Of a stretch of DNA of 53,844 nt, positions 18,038 through 26,817 are shown one piece after another. The stretch's first letter is position 1, and each line of letters opens with the position of its first letter. The notes under the pieces were generated by a model. That model did no database searches and was not told where the DNA came from. It saw nothing but the letters and a program-made list of their open reading frames with translations. The DNA comes from Bryobacterales bacterium (GTDB taxonomy: Bacteria > Acidobacteriota > Terriglobia > Bryobacterales > UBA6623), in contig JBBDWJ010000014.1 of NCBI GenBank assembly GCA_040902925.1, positions 1-53,844 on the forward strand. Reading direction: 5' to 3'. Made by a program: the position numbers and the translations under genes.

Positions 18038-21000
18038 TCAAAAACGGTACTTCAGAGCGAACTGAATGATGCGGGCGTCGCCGGCCATGCCAGCCGCTCC
18101 TTGACTGCTGGTGCGGATCACACCGAATGTGTTCGGTGCGGTGATCGCGATCCCCGGAGCCCCCAGGTTCACGTGATTGAACAGATTGAAGAACTCGGCG
18201 CGGAACTGCAAGGCGTTCGACTCCGAGAAGCGAAACTCCTTATTCGCCGAGAAGTCCACCTGGGCCAAGCCCGGCAGATAGATCGGCATTCGCGAAGCGT
18301 TGCCAAACCGGCCGTCGGGCGGGCGCGTGAATGCGGCCGTGTTGAACCAGCGATCTCGCGAGCGGTCTCCACGCGAAAGCTGCGCTTGCTGGCCCGCGAC
18401 CACGTCGGGGCGCGAGCTGACGCCCGTGACGGTGATGTCTCCAACGCCGGAGAGCGTCGTGGCGAAGCCGGTCTGCAAGGTTGTGATCGTCGATACCTGC
18501 CAGCCGCCCAGCAGGGCTCGCGTCACCGCGGATGTTGCGCCGCGGAAAAACGGAATGTCGTAGATCATCGATACCGACATGCGGTGAGCGATGTCGAATG
18601 TGGCCGGCGCTTTCTCGGCCGAGAGATTGAAGAAATCCTGCAATCCGCCAAGAAACGTGCCGCCGCCCACCGAGCTGATATCGGCGTTGCTGAGGGCCTT
18701 CGACCAGGTGTAAGCGCCGAGGAACGACAGGCCGCGGCCCACGCGCCGCTCGGCTTTGAGTTGCAGCGAATGGTAGATCGAGTGGCCGATCGCCTTGGTC
18801 ACGCCAATGCGATCGAAGCCCTGAAAGGGCCGCCGCGAGGCCAGCGACGGCGCGCCAGCCGGCACGATCGGCTCCAGCGGACGGTTGCCGTCAAACGTCA
18901 TCGTCAGGCCGGTGCCTTTCGATCCGACGTAGCCGAGATCGACGAGCACGTCGAGCGGCAGCTTTTTCTGCAGGGTCAGGTTCCACTGCTGCGTGTATGA
19001 CGTGTGCTGGTCAGGGTCGAATCCCCCTGCGCCGAACAAGCCCGCGCGGGTCTGCCCGCTGCCCTGAAAGGCGGTTTCGACATCGATGGGGTTGTTGAAC
19101 GTTCCCGTGAAGGAGAACGTCTTGACGATCGGCGGGTTCAGCGTCAGCGTGGTCCAGGTGTTGGTGATCTCCGGCGTGAAATAGACGCCGTAGCCGCCGC
19201 GCACTACGAAATCCTGCGACCAGGGCGTCTTGTAAGCGAAGCCGAACCGCGGGCCGAAGTCGTTCTTGTCGCTGTTGACCAGGTTGGTGGGGACGCCCGT
19301 GGTATCGGCGATATCGGGGAAGCCTTTGAACCATTGCGCCGACGGCGTGAAGCCCGGAACGGCGCCATTGAGGCCGAAGTTCACCGCGGTCCCTCGTTGG
19401 GACGGCGCCGTGAAGTACTCATACCGCAGGCCCCAGTTGAGCGTCAGGTTCGGCGTTGCCTTCCAGTCATCCTGGAAATAGTAGGCGTGCCAGAAGTTGT
19501 TCATGCGCGTGGCGAACGGTTCGACGCTGACTTCGGCGCTGGTGGCCAGGCCCAGCAGGAAGGTGGCGAACTGGTGCTCGCGGACCTGCGCGGCGCCGCC
19601 CGACGCAGTCCGGCCATCGAAAGTGAAGCTGCCGCGCGGATTCACCGATTCGTCGAAGGTCCAGTTGCGGCGGGCGAACAATCCCCCGAATTTGAACGAA
19701 TGGCTGCCGCGAATCCAGGTCAGGTTGTCGCTGAACTGCCAGAGCTGATTGAGCCGGTCACGCGGGCCGATGCCGCGCACGGTCGGCAACGTATAGCCCG
19801 CGCCGAAGCCCGGAGCGCCGAAATTGCGGGGGTCAGTCGAAACGCCCGGGATGCCGATCTTGTTAGCGATATCGAGTTCGGGGTTGTCTGTGGTGCCGAA
19901 AAACTCGTGCTCAAAAAACCGGTGCCAGCCGATGCGCGCTTCATTGATCAGCGTGGATGAGAAGATATGCACGTCGGCCAGGCTTAGGTTTTGCGCCCGG
20001 CCTGTATTGCCGCGCGTGTCCCAAGTGAAGTTAGGCACCGTGTCGTCGCTTTGTTCGTTGTACATATAGCTGCCGTACATCGAGTTCTTCTCGGTGAACC
20101 GGTAGTCGGCGCGGCTGATGTACTGGTCCTGGTCGATCGGCGCCGAGGCAGCCGGCGGACGATAATTCACCGCAGCTTCATTGGCGTTCGGTGCGGGCAC
20201 GTAGTCGCGCAAAAAAGTGCTGGCGTAGTTCCTGATGCGGGAGCCGGGAATCTGGTTGTTGGCAAATGGCTGCCCTGTGGCCGGGTCGAAAATCGTGCCC
20301 GAAAAGGCGGAGAAATCGCCTGTGCGGTAGGCCGTGGGCGGAATGAACAGGTTCTGCTGCCCTTGGCCGGCGATGAGGCGGCCTGATTCCCAGTTGAAGA
20401 AAAAGAATGCCTTCTCCTTCACGATGGGGCCGCCGAGGTTCGCGCCATACTGATTGCGGTTCAGCCTCGCTGGTTTGGCGTCTGGAGAATACGGCGTGAA
20501 CGCAGCAACCGCCGAGAACGCATCATTGCGATTGAACCACCAGGCGCCGCCGTGAAAGGCGTTCGTGCCAGCTTTCGTCATCAGGTTGACCTGTCCGCCG
20601 GGAGCTCCACCTACGTCGGAAGAATAGGTAGACGACTGCACTTTGAACTGTTCGATGGCGTCGATCGAGGGCGAGAAGCTAAAACTATAGCTGTCGAGAT
20701 CCATCGCCTCGATGCCGTCATAGTAGAAGCGGTTCTGCGTGTCACGCGCGCCGTTGGCCGACATGCCGACGGCCTGCCCCACCGAGCCGCGCAAGCGCCG
20801 CACGGTGATCGAGCCGGGCGTGCCGGGGTTGACTCCCGGCGTCAGCAGCGCAAGCTGCACGAAGGACCGGCCATTGAGCGGCAGCTCGACGACCTTCTGG
20901 CTGTCGATGACGGTGCCGACCGTGGCGTCTTCGGTCTGCAGGTTCAACGCGCCCGCCTCCACCGAGATCGTCTCGGTTACCTCGCCCACTCGGAGCACGA

Positions 21001-21331
21001 TATTCAGGCGCAGCACCTGATCGACATTGAGCGCGAAGTTCGTCACCTCGGATTTCTGGAACCCGGCGGCTTCGACCGCGAGCCGGTACGTGCCGATCGC
21101 CAGGAACGGGAACTCGTAGTGGCCGACCTCGTTGGTCGTCGTTGTGCGCGTCTGGTTCGTCTGGACGCTAGTAATCGTTACGTTCGCAGCGGCGACGACC
21201 GCTTCGGTCGGGTCGGTGACCGTTCCGACTACTTTGGCCGTGATCGCCTGCGAATAGGTTCTCGCGGGGATCAGGACAACAAGCATGGCCAACACCATGC
21301 ATAGGAGCAATACATACTTCCTGTTTATCAT
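18038..21331 (-). CDS. TonB-dependent receptor with N-terminal carboxypeptidase-regulatory-like domain (Oar-like)
   Basis: Signal peptide, GTVTDPT..V, LPLNGRSF.QL, FQDDWKATPNLTLNWGLRYEY, DFGPRFGFAY, C-terminal RIIQFALKYRF. Confidence 0.95.
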   Translation of the reverse strand: MINRKYVLLLCMVLAMLVVLIPARTYSQAITAKVVGTVTDPTEAVVAAANVTITSVQTNQTRTTTTNEVGHYEFPFLAIGTYRLAVEAAGFQKSEVTNFALNVDQVLRLNIVLRVGEVTETISVEAGALNLQTEDATVGTVIDSQKVVELPLNGRSFVQLALLTPGVNPGTPGSITVRRLRGSVGQAVGMSANGARDTQNRFYYDGIEAMDLDSYSFSFSPSIDAIEQFKVQSSTYSSDVGGAPGGQVNLMTKAGTNAFHGGAWWFNRNDAFSAVAAFTPYSPDAKPARLNRNQYGANLGGPIVKEKAFFFFNWESGRLIAGQGQQNLFIPPTAYRTGDFSAFSGTIFDPATGQPFANNQIPGSRIRNYASTFLRDYVPAPNANEAAVNYRPPAASAPIDQDQYISRADYRFTEKNSMYGSYMYNEQSDDTVPNFTWDTRGNTGRAQNLSLADVHIFSSTLINEARIGWHRFFEHEFFGTTDNPELDIANKIGIPGVSTDPRNFGAPGFGAGYTLPTVRGIGPRDRLNQLWQFSDNLTWIRGSHSFKFGGLFARRNWTFDESVNPRGSFTFDGRTASGGAAQVREHQFATFLLGLATSAEVSVEPFATRMNNFWHAYYFQDDWKATPNLTLNWGLRYEYFTAPSQRGTAVNFGLNGAVPGFTPSAQWFKGFPDIADTTGVPTNLVNSDKNDFGPRFGFAYKTPWSQDFVVRGGYGVYFTPEITNTWTTLTLNPPIVKTFSFTGTFNNPIDVETAFQGSGQTRAGLFGAGGFDPDQHTSYTQQWNLTLQKKLPLDVLVDLGYVGSKGTGLTMTFDGNRPLEPIVPAGAPSLASRRPFQGFDRIGVTKAIGHSIYHSLQLKAERRVGRGLSFLGAYTWSKALSNADISSVGGGTFLGGLQDFFNLSAEKAPATFDIAHRMSVSMIYDIPFFRGATSAVTRALLGGWQVSTITTLQTGFATTLSGVGDITVTGVSSRPDVVAGQQAQLSRGDRSRDRWFNTAAFTRPPDGRFGNASRMPIYLPGLAQVDFSANKEFRFSESNALQFRAEFFNLFNHVNLGAPGIAITAPNTFGVIRTSSQGAAGMAGDARIIQFALKYRF

Positions 21332-21785
21332 CTACTTTTACCTCGCAACCAAAAGACCCAAAACAACGACCCTCCCCGGAGGGCGGAGTCAGTTCCCGAT
21401 CGTTAGAGCGGGACGCAGGAGACCAATCCGGAACCCCTGATGAAGCTTCAAGCCCTGTCGAATGCTGAGAACAGCCAAGGCCGCAAGATTCCTCAGCGAT
21501 CGGAGAGCTATCCCGGTACAATCCGCCCTAAAGACGTCGTTGCGGATAACCGGGCTTCGTGATTTTTGACGGTGAAAGTTCTGGGTTCAGCGCGGCAGAG
21601 CGGTACTGAGCTCGGCCTGAATGAAGTGTGGCGCGAACCGCATTCTGCCTCCTTTCGCGTCTCAAAGGAAGCCGCTCGAAGGGCGTCTGCAGTCCGTAAT
21701 AAATCCAGTCTATACCGCCCTGGAGCTCAAGCGTCAAGACAAAATGGGCGGTTTAACCCGTAAGGCGGATGTCCCAATATCGGGA

Positions 21786-22760
21786 TTAACGTGGTGTGTC
21801 GCCGGTCAAGGGGGCGGCTTGCGCGGCAGGCCGGGCATGTTCGCGGATGTGCTCTGGCAGACCAGTGGCGCGGCCCAGGTAGTTGAACTCCTCGGCATGG
21901 CGCAACCCGTGCTTGAGTCCCACCGCGGCGGCGAGGTCTTCGAGGTAAGCGCGAATCAGTTGGACGGTGGAGTTCTCGTTGAGCTCGCGCAGCAGCTCAT
22001 GCGGCCTGCCTGCGAGATCGAGACGCTGGCGCGTTTGAAGCGCATAACGACTGTTCGAAGTCTTGAGTTCCAGTATGGCCCGCACCTTGCGGTCGAACGT
22101 CGAACCGATGTCCATATGCCGCAATTGGGCCTGCCCTTCGCCGCCCTCTCGCGGCCGGTAAGGGCGATGAGGAATGTAGAAATAATATTCGCGAGCAGCA
22201 TACCCGCCATAGCCGATGTAGGTCATCTCCTGAACGAAATAGCCGCCTCCGCCGTAAGGCGCCTCTTCCGCCATGCGGCCCACGCGGTAAACGTCGTCGT
22301 CATTGAGGTAATGCGCATACCAATCAGGGAAAAACATCGTCTGCGGCTTATAGAATCGCACCATCGTCATGACCTGATTTCGCATCTCGCTGCTGGAGAT
22401 GTAGGCCAGCTCGCCGCTCTTGTGCCCGAGGTTGAGCACTTCCTTGACGCCGAGCTGCCGCGCGGCGCGTTCACCCTCCTCATTGTTGGCCAGGCGCGTG
22501 GCGGCTGGTCCAAGCCCGGTCGAGTCCTTCTCGTCGTTGCCGAACTGCAGGACATAAACGGGCCGGCCTTGCTCGATCATTTTTGCCAGCGTGCCGCCGG
22601 CGCCGAAAAGGTAGTCGCGGGCCGAAGCGGTAATGACCAGCACGGCATTCGGCTCGGGTTTTTCCGCGGCCGCTGCCGCCGGCGCGAAGACGCCAAGCGC
22701 GGCCAGAGCGCTCAACAGTCCTCGCCGCAGGGTGTAGGTGCTCATTTGCCATCCACTCAT
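21786..22760 (-). CDS. PIG-L/LmbE deacetylase-fold protein A, metal-binding motifs degenerate; Tat-like leader
   Basis: VLVITASARDY (in place of HxDD), GGTLAKM, NDEKD, E..RAA..LG, K...I, AEEF. LRRGLL leader. ATGA overlap with the upstream paralog. Confidence 0.8.
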   Translation of the reverse strand: MSGWQMSTYTLRRGLLSALAALGVFAPAAAAAEKPEPNAVLVITASARDYLFGAGGTLAKMIEQGRPVYVLQFGNDEKDSTGLGPAATRLANNEEGERAARQLGVKEVLNLGHKSGELAYISSSEMRNQVMTMVRFYKPQTMFFPDWYAHYLNDDDVYRVGRMAEEAPYGGGGYFVQEMTYIGYGGYAAREYYFYIPHRPYRPREGGEGQAQLRHMDIGSTFDRKVRAILELKTSNSRYALQTRQRLDLAGRPHELLRELNENSTVQLIRAYLEDLAAAVGLKHGLRHAEEFNYLGRATGLPEHIREHARPAAQAAPLTGDTPR

Positions 22761-23689
22761 AACTTGGGCACGGCTCGCTCGAGAGCGTGAGGCGGAACGG
22801 CCTCACCGGGACCAACGTAGTTGAACTCTTCGCCGTGCTGGAAACCGTGCTTCTCACCCATCGTCGCCGCAAGTTGATGGACCCAGGCGCGCGCCAGGGC
22901 CTGAACCAGCTTCTCGTCGAGCGGCTCCAGAAGCTCGCTCGATCGTACGGCGGCGTTCAAACGCGCGCGCAGGACCTGCGCCCGAAACCGGTTGCGCGTG
23001 CGCAGCATCGCCAGAGCCGTGGCCTTGGCGTCGAGCACGCTGCCGATATAGACGCCGAGAAGGCGCGCGCTCTGCTCGCCGCCTTCCGCGCGGCGGTAAG
23101 GCCGGTCCACTGGATAGTAGTAGACTTCCGGAACGCTGTGAGGCGTCAGATCCATGCGCGCCAGCTCGACTGCGAAAGTAGAGGCGCCGCTGTACCCCCA
23201 AGCCTCCTCGGCCATGCGGCCCACAAAATAAATGTCCCAGTCGGGCTGAAAGTGAACGTAGGGGTCAGGAATGAAAATCTTCTTCGGGCGCAGGTGGCGG
23301 ATCAGGGCGAACAGTTGGTTCCGCATTTCCGTGCTCGAAACGTAGCCGATCTCACCCGACTTATGCTCCATGTAGACCGCGTCGGCGAAACCCAGGTACT
23401 CAGCGGCAGCCTTGCCTTCCTGAATGTTGGCCCGTCGGGTCTCGGCGGGTGACAGTCCCGCGGATTCCTTTTCGTCGTTGCCGAAATGAGCAATGTGAAT
23501 TTCGTATCCATCCAGCGCCATTTGGGCCAGGGTCCCGCCGGCGCCGATCAGGTAGCCGGCTGAATCGGCGGTAACCACGAGAACTTTCGCGGGGACCGCG
23601 GTTTCGGCGCGAAGCGGCGCCGGACTCGGCAGCATCATGAGCCCAAGCAGTGCCGCGCCGTGCAGCAACGTCGGTCGAAGGTCGGTCAT
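22757..23689 (-). CDS. PIG-L/LmbE deacetylase-fold protein B, metal-binding motifs degenerate; signal peptide
   Basis: VLVVTADSAGY, GGTLAQM, NDEKE, EGKAAAEYLG, PDPY, GEEF. Clearly paralogous to A. Confidence 0.8.
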   Translation of the reverse strand: MTDLRPTLLHGAALLGLMMLPSPAPLRAETAVPAKVLVVTADSAGYLIGAGGTLAQMALDGYEIHIAHFGNDEKESAGLSPAETRRANIQEGKAAAEYLGFADAVYMEHKSGEIGYVSSTEMRNQLFALIRHLRPKKIFIPDPYVHFQPDWDIYFVGRMAEEAWGYSGASTFAVELARMDLTPHSVPEVYYYPVDRPYRRAEGGEQSARLLGVYIGSVLDAKATALAMLRTRNRFRAQVLRARLNAAVRSSELLEPLDEKLVQALARAWVHQLAATMGEKHGFQHGEEFNYVGPGEAVPPHALERAVPKL

Positions 23690-23788
23690 TGCGTCACCGG
23701 ATTCTCTGCCAACTCTACGCTATCCGTCCAAGTCAGGCATTGTTTCATCCGGACCCTTTGATAGTCTAGGATAGCTGGCATTGCGTAG

Positions 23789-24733
23789 ATGACGACCCGG
23801 CCGATCAACAGAAATCGTTGGATCGCAGCGCTTGTACTCTGCGGCAGCGTTTGCGCTGTTGCCGCGCCGTTGCCCTTGGGAGACATTCCGCCGGGGAAAG
23901 CATTCCTGGTCATCCAGCCGCATCACGATGATCACACCTGGCAGTATGGGTTCGGCGGTCTGATTGCAAAGATGGCCGACGCCGGCTGGCGCGGAACCTA
24001 TGTACGCGTGACGAACGACGAGAAGGACGGCCCGCACGGTTGGGCCAAGAATGACCTCGTCAACGAGGCCGAAACTCTCGAAGCCACCAAAAACCTCGGC
24101 ATCGAGCGGGTCGTCAGCCTCAACTGGCGGAACGATCACATGGACTCGGTCCCCATCAACGAGCTGCGGGCGCAGCTCATCCTCTTGATTCGTCAGTTAC
24201 GGCCCGACGCCGTGATGGCCTACAACCCCTGGGGACACTATGACCGCAACCCTGACCACCGGATCGTCGCTCGCGCGGTGGGGGAAGCCGTATGGCTGGC
24301 AGGTTACGCCAATGCCTACCCCGAGCATTTCAAGCTCGGGCTGGAGCCGCATCGCGTGCCTTATCGCTACTACTCGCAGCGCGGCGACTACGGCAAAGGT
24401 TACGAGCCCAACATTGCGATCGAGCTGAACGAGAGCCAGGTGGCGCGTAAAGCAAAATCCTATTGGCTGCATCGCAACGTGCGGCTGAGGCCCGAAACCG
24501 CGCGCGGCATCCGTCAGGCGCTCGAACAGCGCGGCCTGACAATCCCTGAGTTGGAAGCACTTGACGATGAGCAAGCGACCCAGAAACTGCAGGAATGGTC
24601 CATGGAATGGATCTCCGCGAAGCGGGGTAGTGAAAACGGCGTGAAGTACGCCGAGGTCTTTTATTTCATGGACGAGTGGCACGATCTGCCGGGGCTGCGC
24701 GAGTACCTGGATAAAAACGCGGTGGCGAAATGA
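23789..24733 (+). CDS. PIG-L/LmbE family deacetylase C, metal ligands retained; signal peptide
   Basis: IQPHHDDH, GGLIAKM, TNDEKD, RPDAV, NPDH, YAEVF. Confidence 0.88.
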   Translation: MTTRPINRNRWIAALVLCGSVCAVAAPLPLGDIPPGKAFLVIQPHHDDHTWQYGFGGLIAKMADAGWRGTYVRVTNDEKDGPHGWAKNDLVNEAETLEATKNLGIERVVSLNWRNDHMDSVPINELRAQLILLIRQLRPDAVMAYNPWGHYDRNPDHRIVARAVGEAVWLAGYANAYPEHFKLGLEPHRVPYRYYSQRGDYGKGYEPNIAIELNESQVARKAKSYWLHRNVRLRPETARGIRQALEQRGLTIPELEALDDEQATQKLQEWSMEWISAKRGSENGVKYAEVFYFMDEWHDLPGLREYLDKNAVAK

Positions 24734-25734
24734 AAGGGCATCGTCGCTTCTGCCGTGCCGCGAATCTCTCCGGAAGGTCTATCCGTCTTCGCCTGACCTT
24801 GTTCCGGCTCGGCATTTGCGCCGCTGCTCTACTCGCCATGTTCGTCGTTCCTGGCATACACGCCGAGGCCCTGCCGCTCGCAAAGCTTCCCCGCGGCAAG
24901 GTCTTCATGGTCATCGAGCCTCACCACGACGACCACACGACCGATTACGGAATGGGCGGCTTGATCGCGCGCCTCATCGACGAAGGCTATACCGGCTATT
25001 ACGTACGAGCGTCGAACGACGAGAAGGATGGCCGTCATGGCTACCCGCTGAACGACATGATCAACCTCAAGGAGAGCCGGGCGGCTACGAAGATTCTGGG
25101 CATCGACGAGGTGATCAGCCTGAACTGGCGCAACGACTATATGGATCCGATTCCGCTGCAGGAGTTGCGCGGCCAGTTGATACTGCTGATCCGCAAATAC
25201 CGGCCCGATGTCGTGCTGGGTCACGATCCCTGGGCGCATTACGACCGCAACCCGGATCATCGCAAGGTAGCGCGGGCGCTGGCGGAGGCTTTTTGGATGG
25301 CTGGTCAAGCCAACGTCCACCTCGAGCACCTGCGTTTAGGATTGAAGCCGCACCGCGTGCCCTACCTTTTCCTCAAGGCGCGCGTGGATTACGGACGCGG
25401 TCATTGGCCCAATGTGGCGGTCGAACTGACCGAATCGCAGGTACGCCGTAAGCAGAGAGCGTATTCCGCGCATCGCAACGTCTACGCCAACCCCGCCACC
25501 GCGGGTGCGGTGCGGCGCCAGTTGGCCGGCGAGAACCTGGTTGTGCCCGAGATCGAGGGTCTCAGCGACCAGGCGGCCGCCGTGCTGTTTGAGGAATGGC
25601 ACATGGACTGGATCTCGGGCAAACGCGGCGCCGAAAACGGCGTTCGTTACGCCGAGGTGTACTGGTTCCGCGATGAATTCGATCATCTGCCGGGGCTGGA
25701 GGAATACATCCGGCGGAATGCGGTTCAACAATGA
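24730..25734 (+). CDS. PIG-L/LmbE family deacetylase D, metal ligands retained; signal peptide
   Basis: IEPHHDDH, SNDEKD, RPDVV, NPDH, YAEVY. ATGA-coupled to C and very similar to it. Confidence 0.88.
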   Translation: MKGHRRFCRAANLSGRSIRLRLTLFRLGICAAALLAMFVVPGIHAEALPLAKLPRGKVFMVIEPHHDDHTTDYGMGGLIARLIDEGYTGYYVRASNDEKDGRHGYPLNDMINLKESRAATKILGIDEVISLNWRNDYMDPIPLQELRGQLILLIRKYRPDVVLGHDPWAHYDRNPDHRKVARALAEAFWMAGQANVHLEHLRLGLKPHRVPYLFLKARVDYGRGHWPNVAVELTESQVRRKQRAYSAHRNVYANPATAGAVRRQLAGENLVVPEIEGLSDQAAAVLFEEWHMDWISGKRGAENGVRYAEVYWFRDEFDHLPGLEEYIRRNAVQQ

Positions 25735-25766
25735 GGGTCAAGTCGACGATGCTCGCTGGAGGCCAA

Positions 25767-26678
25767 ATGATAACGAGGCTCGCCGCAATGTGTTTGGCGG
25801 CTATTGTGCTAGCGGCCGGTCTCTGCGCTCAGCCGCAGCCGTCGAGTGGGAACCGCGTCGTCCTTGTGATCACCGCGGACGCGAGCGACTACATTCTGTC
25901 CGCCGGCGGGGCCATCGCCTCCATGATCGAAGACGGCGCGACGGCATATCTCATCCGCACCACGAACGATGAGAAAGACTCCTGGGAGTTGTCTCCGGAA
26001 GAAACGGCGCGCCGCTACAGTGACGAGAGCGAGCAGGCCGCCAAAATCCTTGGCATCCAGGAAGTGATCTCGCTTGGCTACCGCGCGGGCGAGCTCGCTG
26101 CGGTCTCCCACACCGAGCTGCGAGACCGGCTGATGTTCTACGTCCGGCTTTACAAGCCCGCAGTGCTATTCCTTCCGAATCCCCATGCGGAGTACGTGGA
26201 AGTCCTCGACCGGTTTTACACGGGCAAAGCCGCCGAAGAGGCGCAGCGCGTGGCCGCGCTCGAAAACTTTCAGCCGCCGTTTTCGGAGGTCGGGCTGACG
26301 ACACACATCATCGGGGAACTGTACTACTACGCTCAGCCGTTCGACCCGCGCCGGCGCGAGCCGGAAAGCACTCCGACGTTTGTTCCTCAGCCGAAGACCG
26401 TCGGCATTTCAGCAGCGTTCGATAAAAAACTGCGCGCCGCTCGGGCCCTCTACACCGCGAACTACAGCATGGCGATGAACATCAAGAAGCGTCTCGACAA
26501 CACCGGCCGACGGCTGCCGCTACTGGACGCCGTCGACAGCGAGTCGGTTAATCAACTTGTGGAGATCAATCTTAGGAAGCTAGCAGAGATCGCCGCCCGC
26601 GACACATCCTACGAGCTGGCCGAGGAGTTTCACTACGCCGGGGTGGAATACCAGATCCCGTCGAGCTATTTGAAATAG
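25767..26678 (+). CDS. PIG-L/LmbE deacetylase-fold protein E, metal-binding motifs degenerate; signal peptide
   Basis: VLVITADASDY, GGAIASM, TNDEKD, ESEQAAKILG, AEEF. GGAGG RBS before ATG 25767; the track start 25731 is also possible. Confidence 0.8.
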   Translation: MITRLAAMCLAAIVLAAGLCAQPQPSSGNRVVLVITADASDYILSAGGAIASMIEDGATAYLIRTTNDEKDSWELSPEETARRYSDESEQAAKILGIQEVISLGYRAGELAAVSHTELRDRLMFYVRLYKPAVLFLPNPHAEYVEVLDRFYTGKAAEEAQRVAALENFQPPFSEVGLTTHIIGELYYYAQPFDPRRREPESTPTFVPQPKTVGISAAFDKKLRAARALYTANYSMAMNIKKRLDNTGRRLPLLDAVDSESVNQLVEINLRKLAEIAARDTSYELAEEFHYAGVEYQIPSSYLK

Positions 26679-26694
26679 GTCGAGCTATCTGAAA
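26660..26694 (+). repeat. 16-bp direct repeat duplicating the 3' end of PIG-L gene E
   Basis: gtcgagctatttgaaa (26660-26675) and gtcgagctatctgaaa (26679-26694). Confidence 0.7.
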
Positions 26695-26817
26695 GCCAGG
26701 AGGCGCCGAATGACCCACGAGGTTTTCGCGTCAGGAGAGCCATGTCGAGGCGGCCCAAGACGGCGCCGGAGGCCGCTGCCGCATCAACAACGCCTGCTGC
26801 TCGACCTCACGCCCAGT

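Noticed and set aside
21332-21785. Cobalamin or TPP riboswitch upstream of the TonB receptor
   Set aside because: The conserved cores were not recognisable; kept only as a low-interest structured-leader note.
21786-23689. PIG-L copies A and B as pseudogenes
   Set aside because: Full-length uninterrupted ORFs with signal peptides, translational coupling and mutually conserved motifs.
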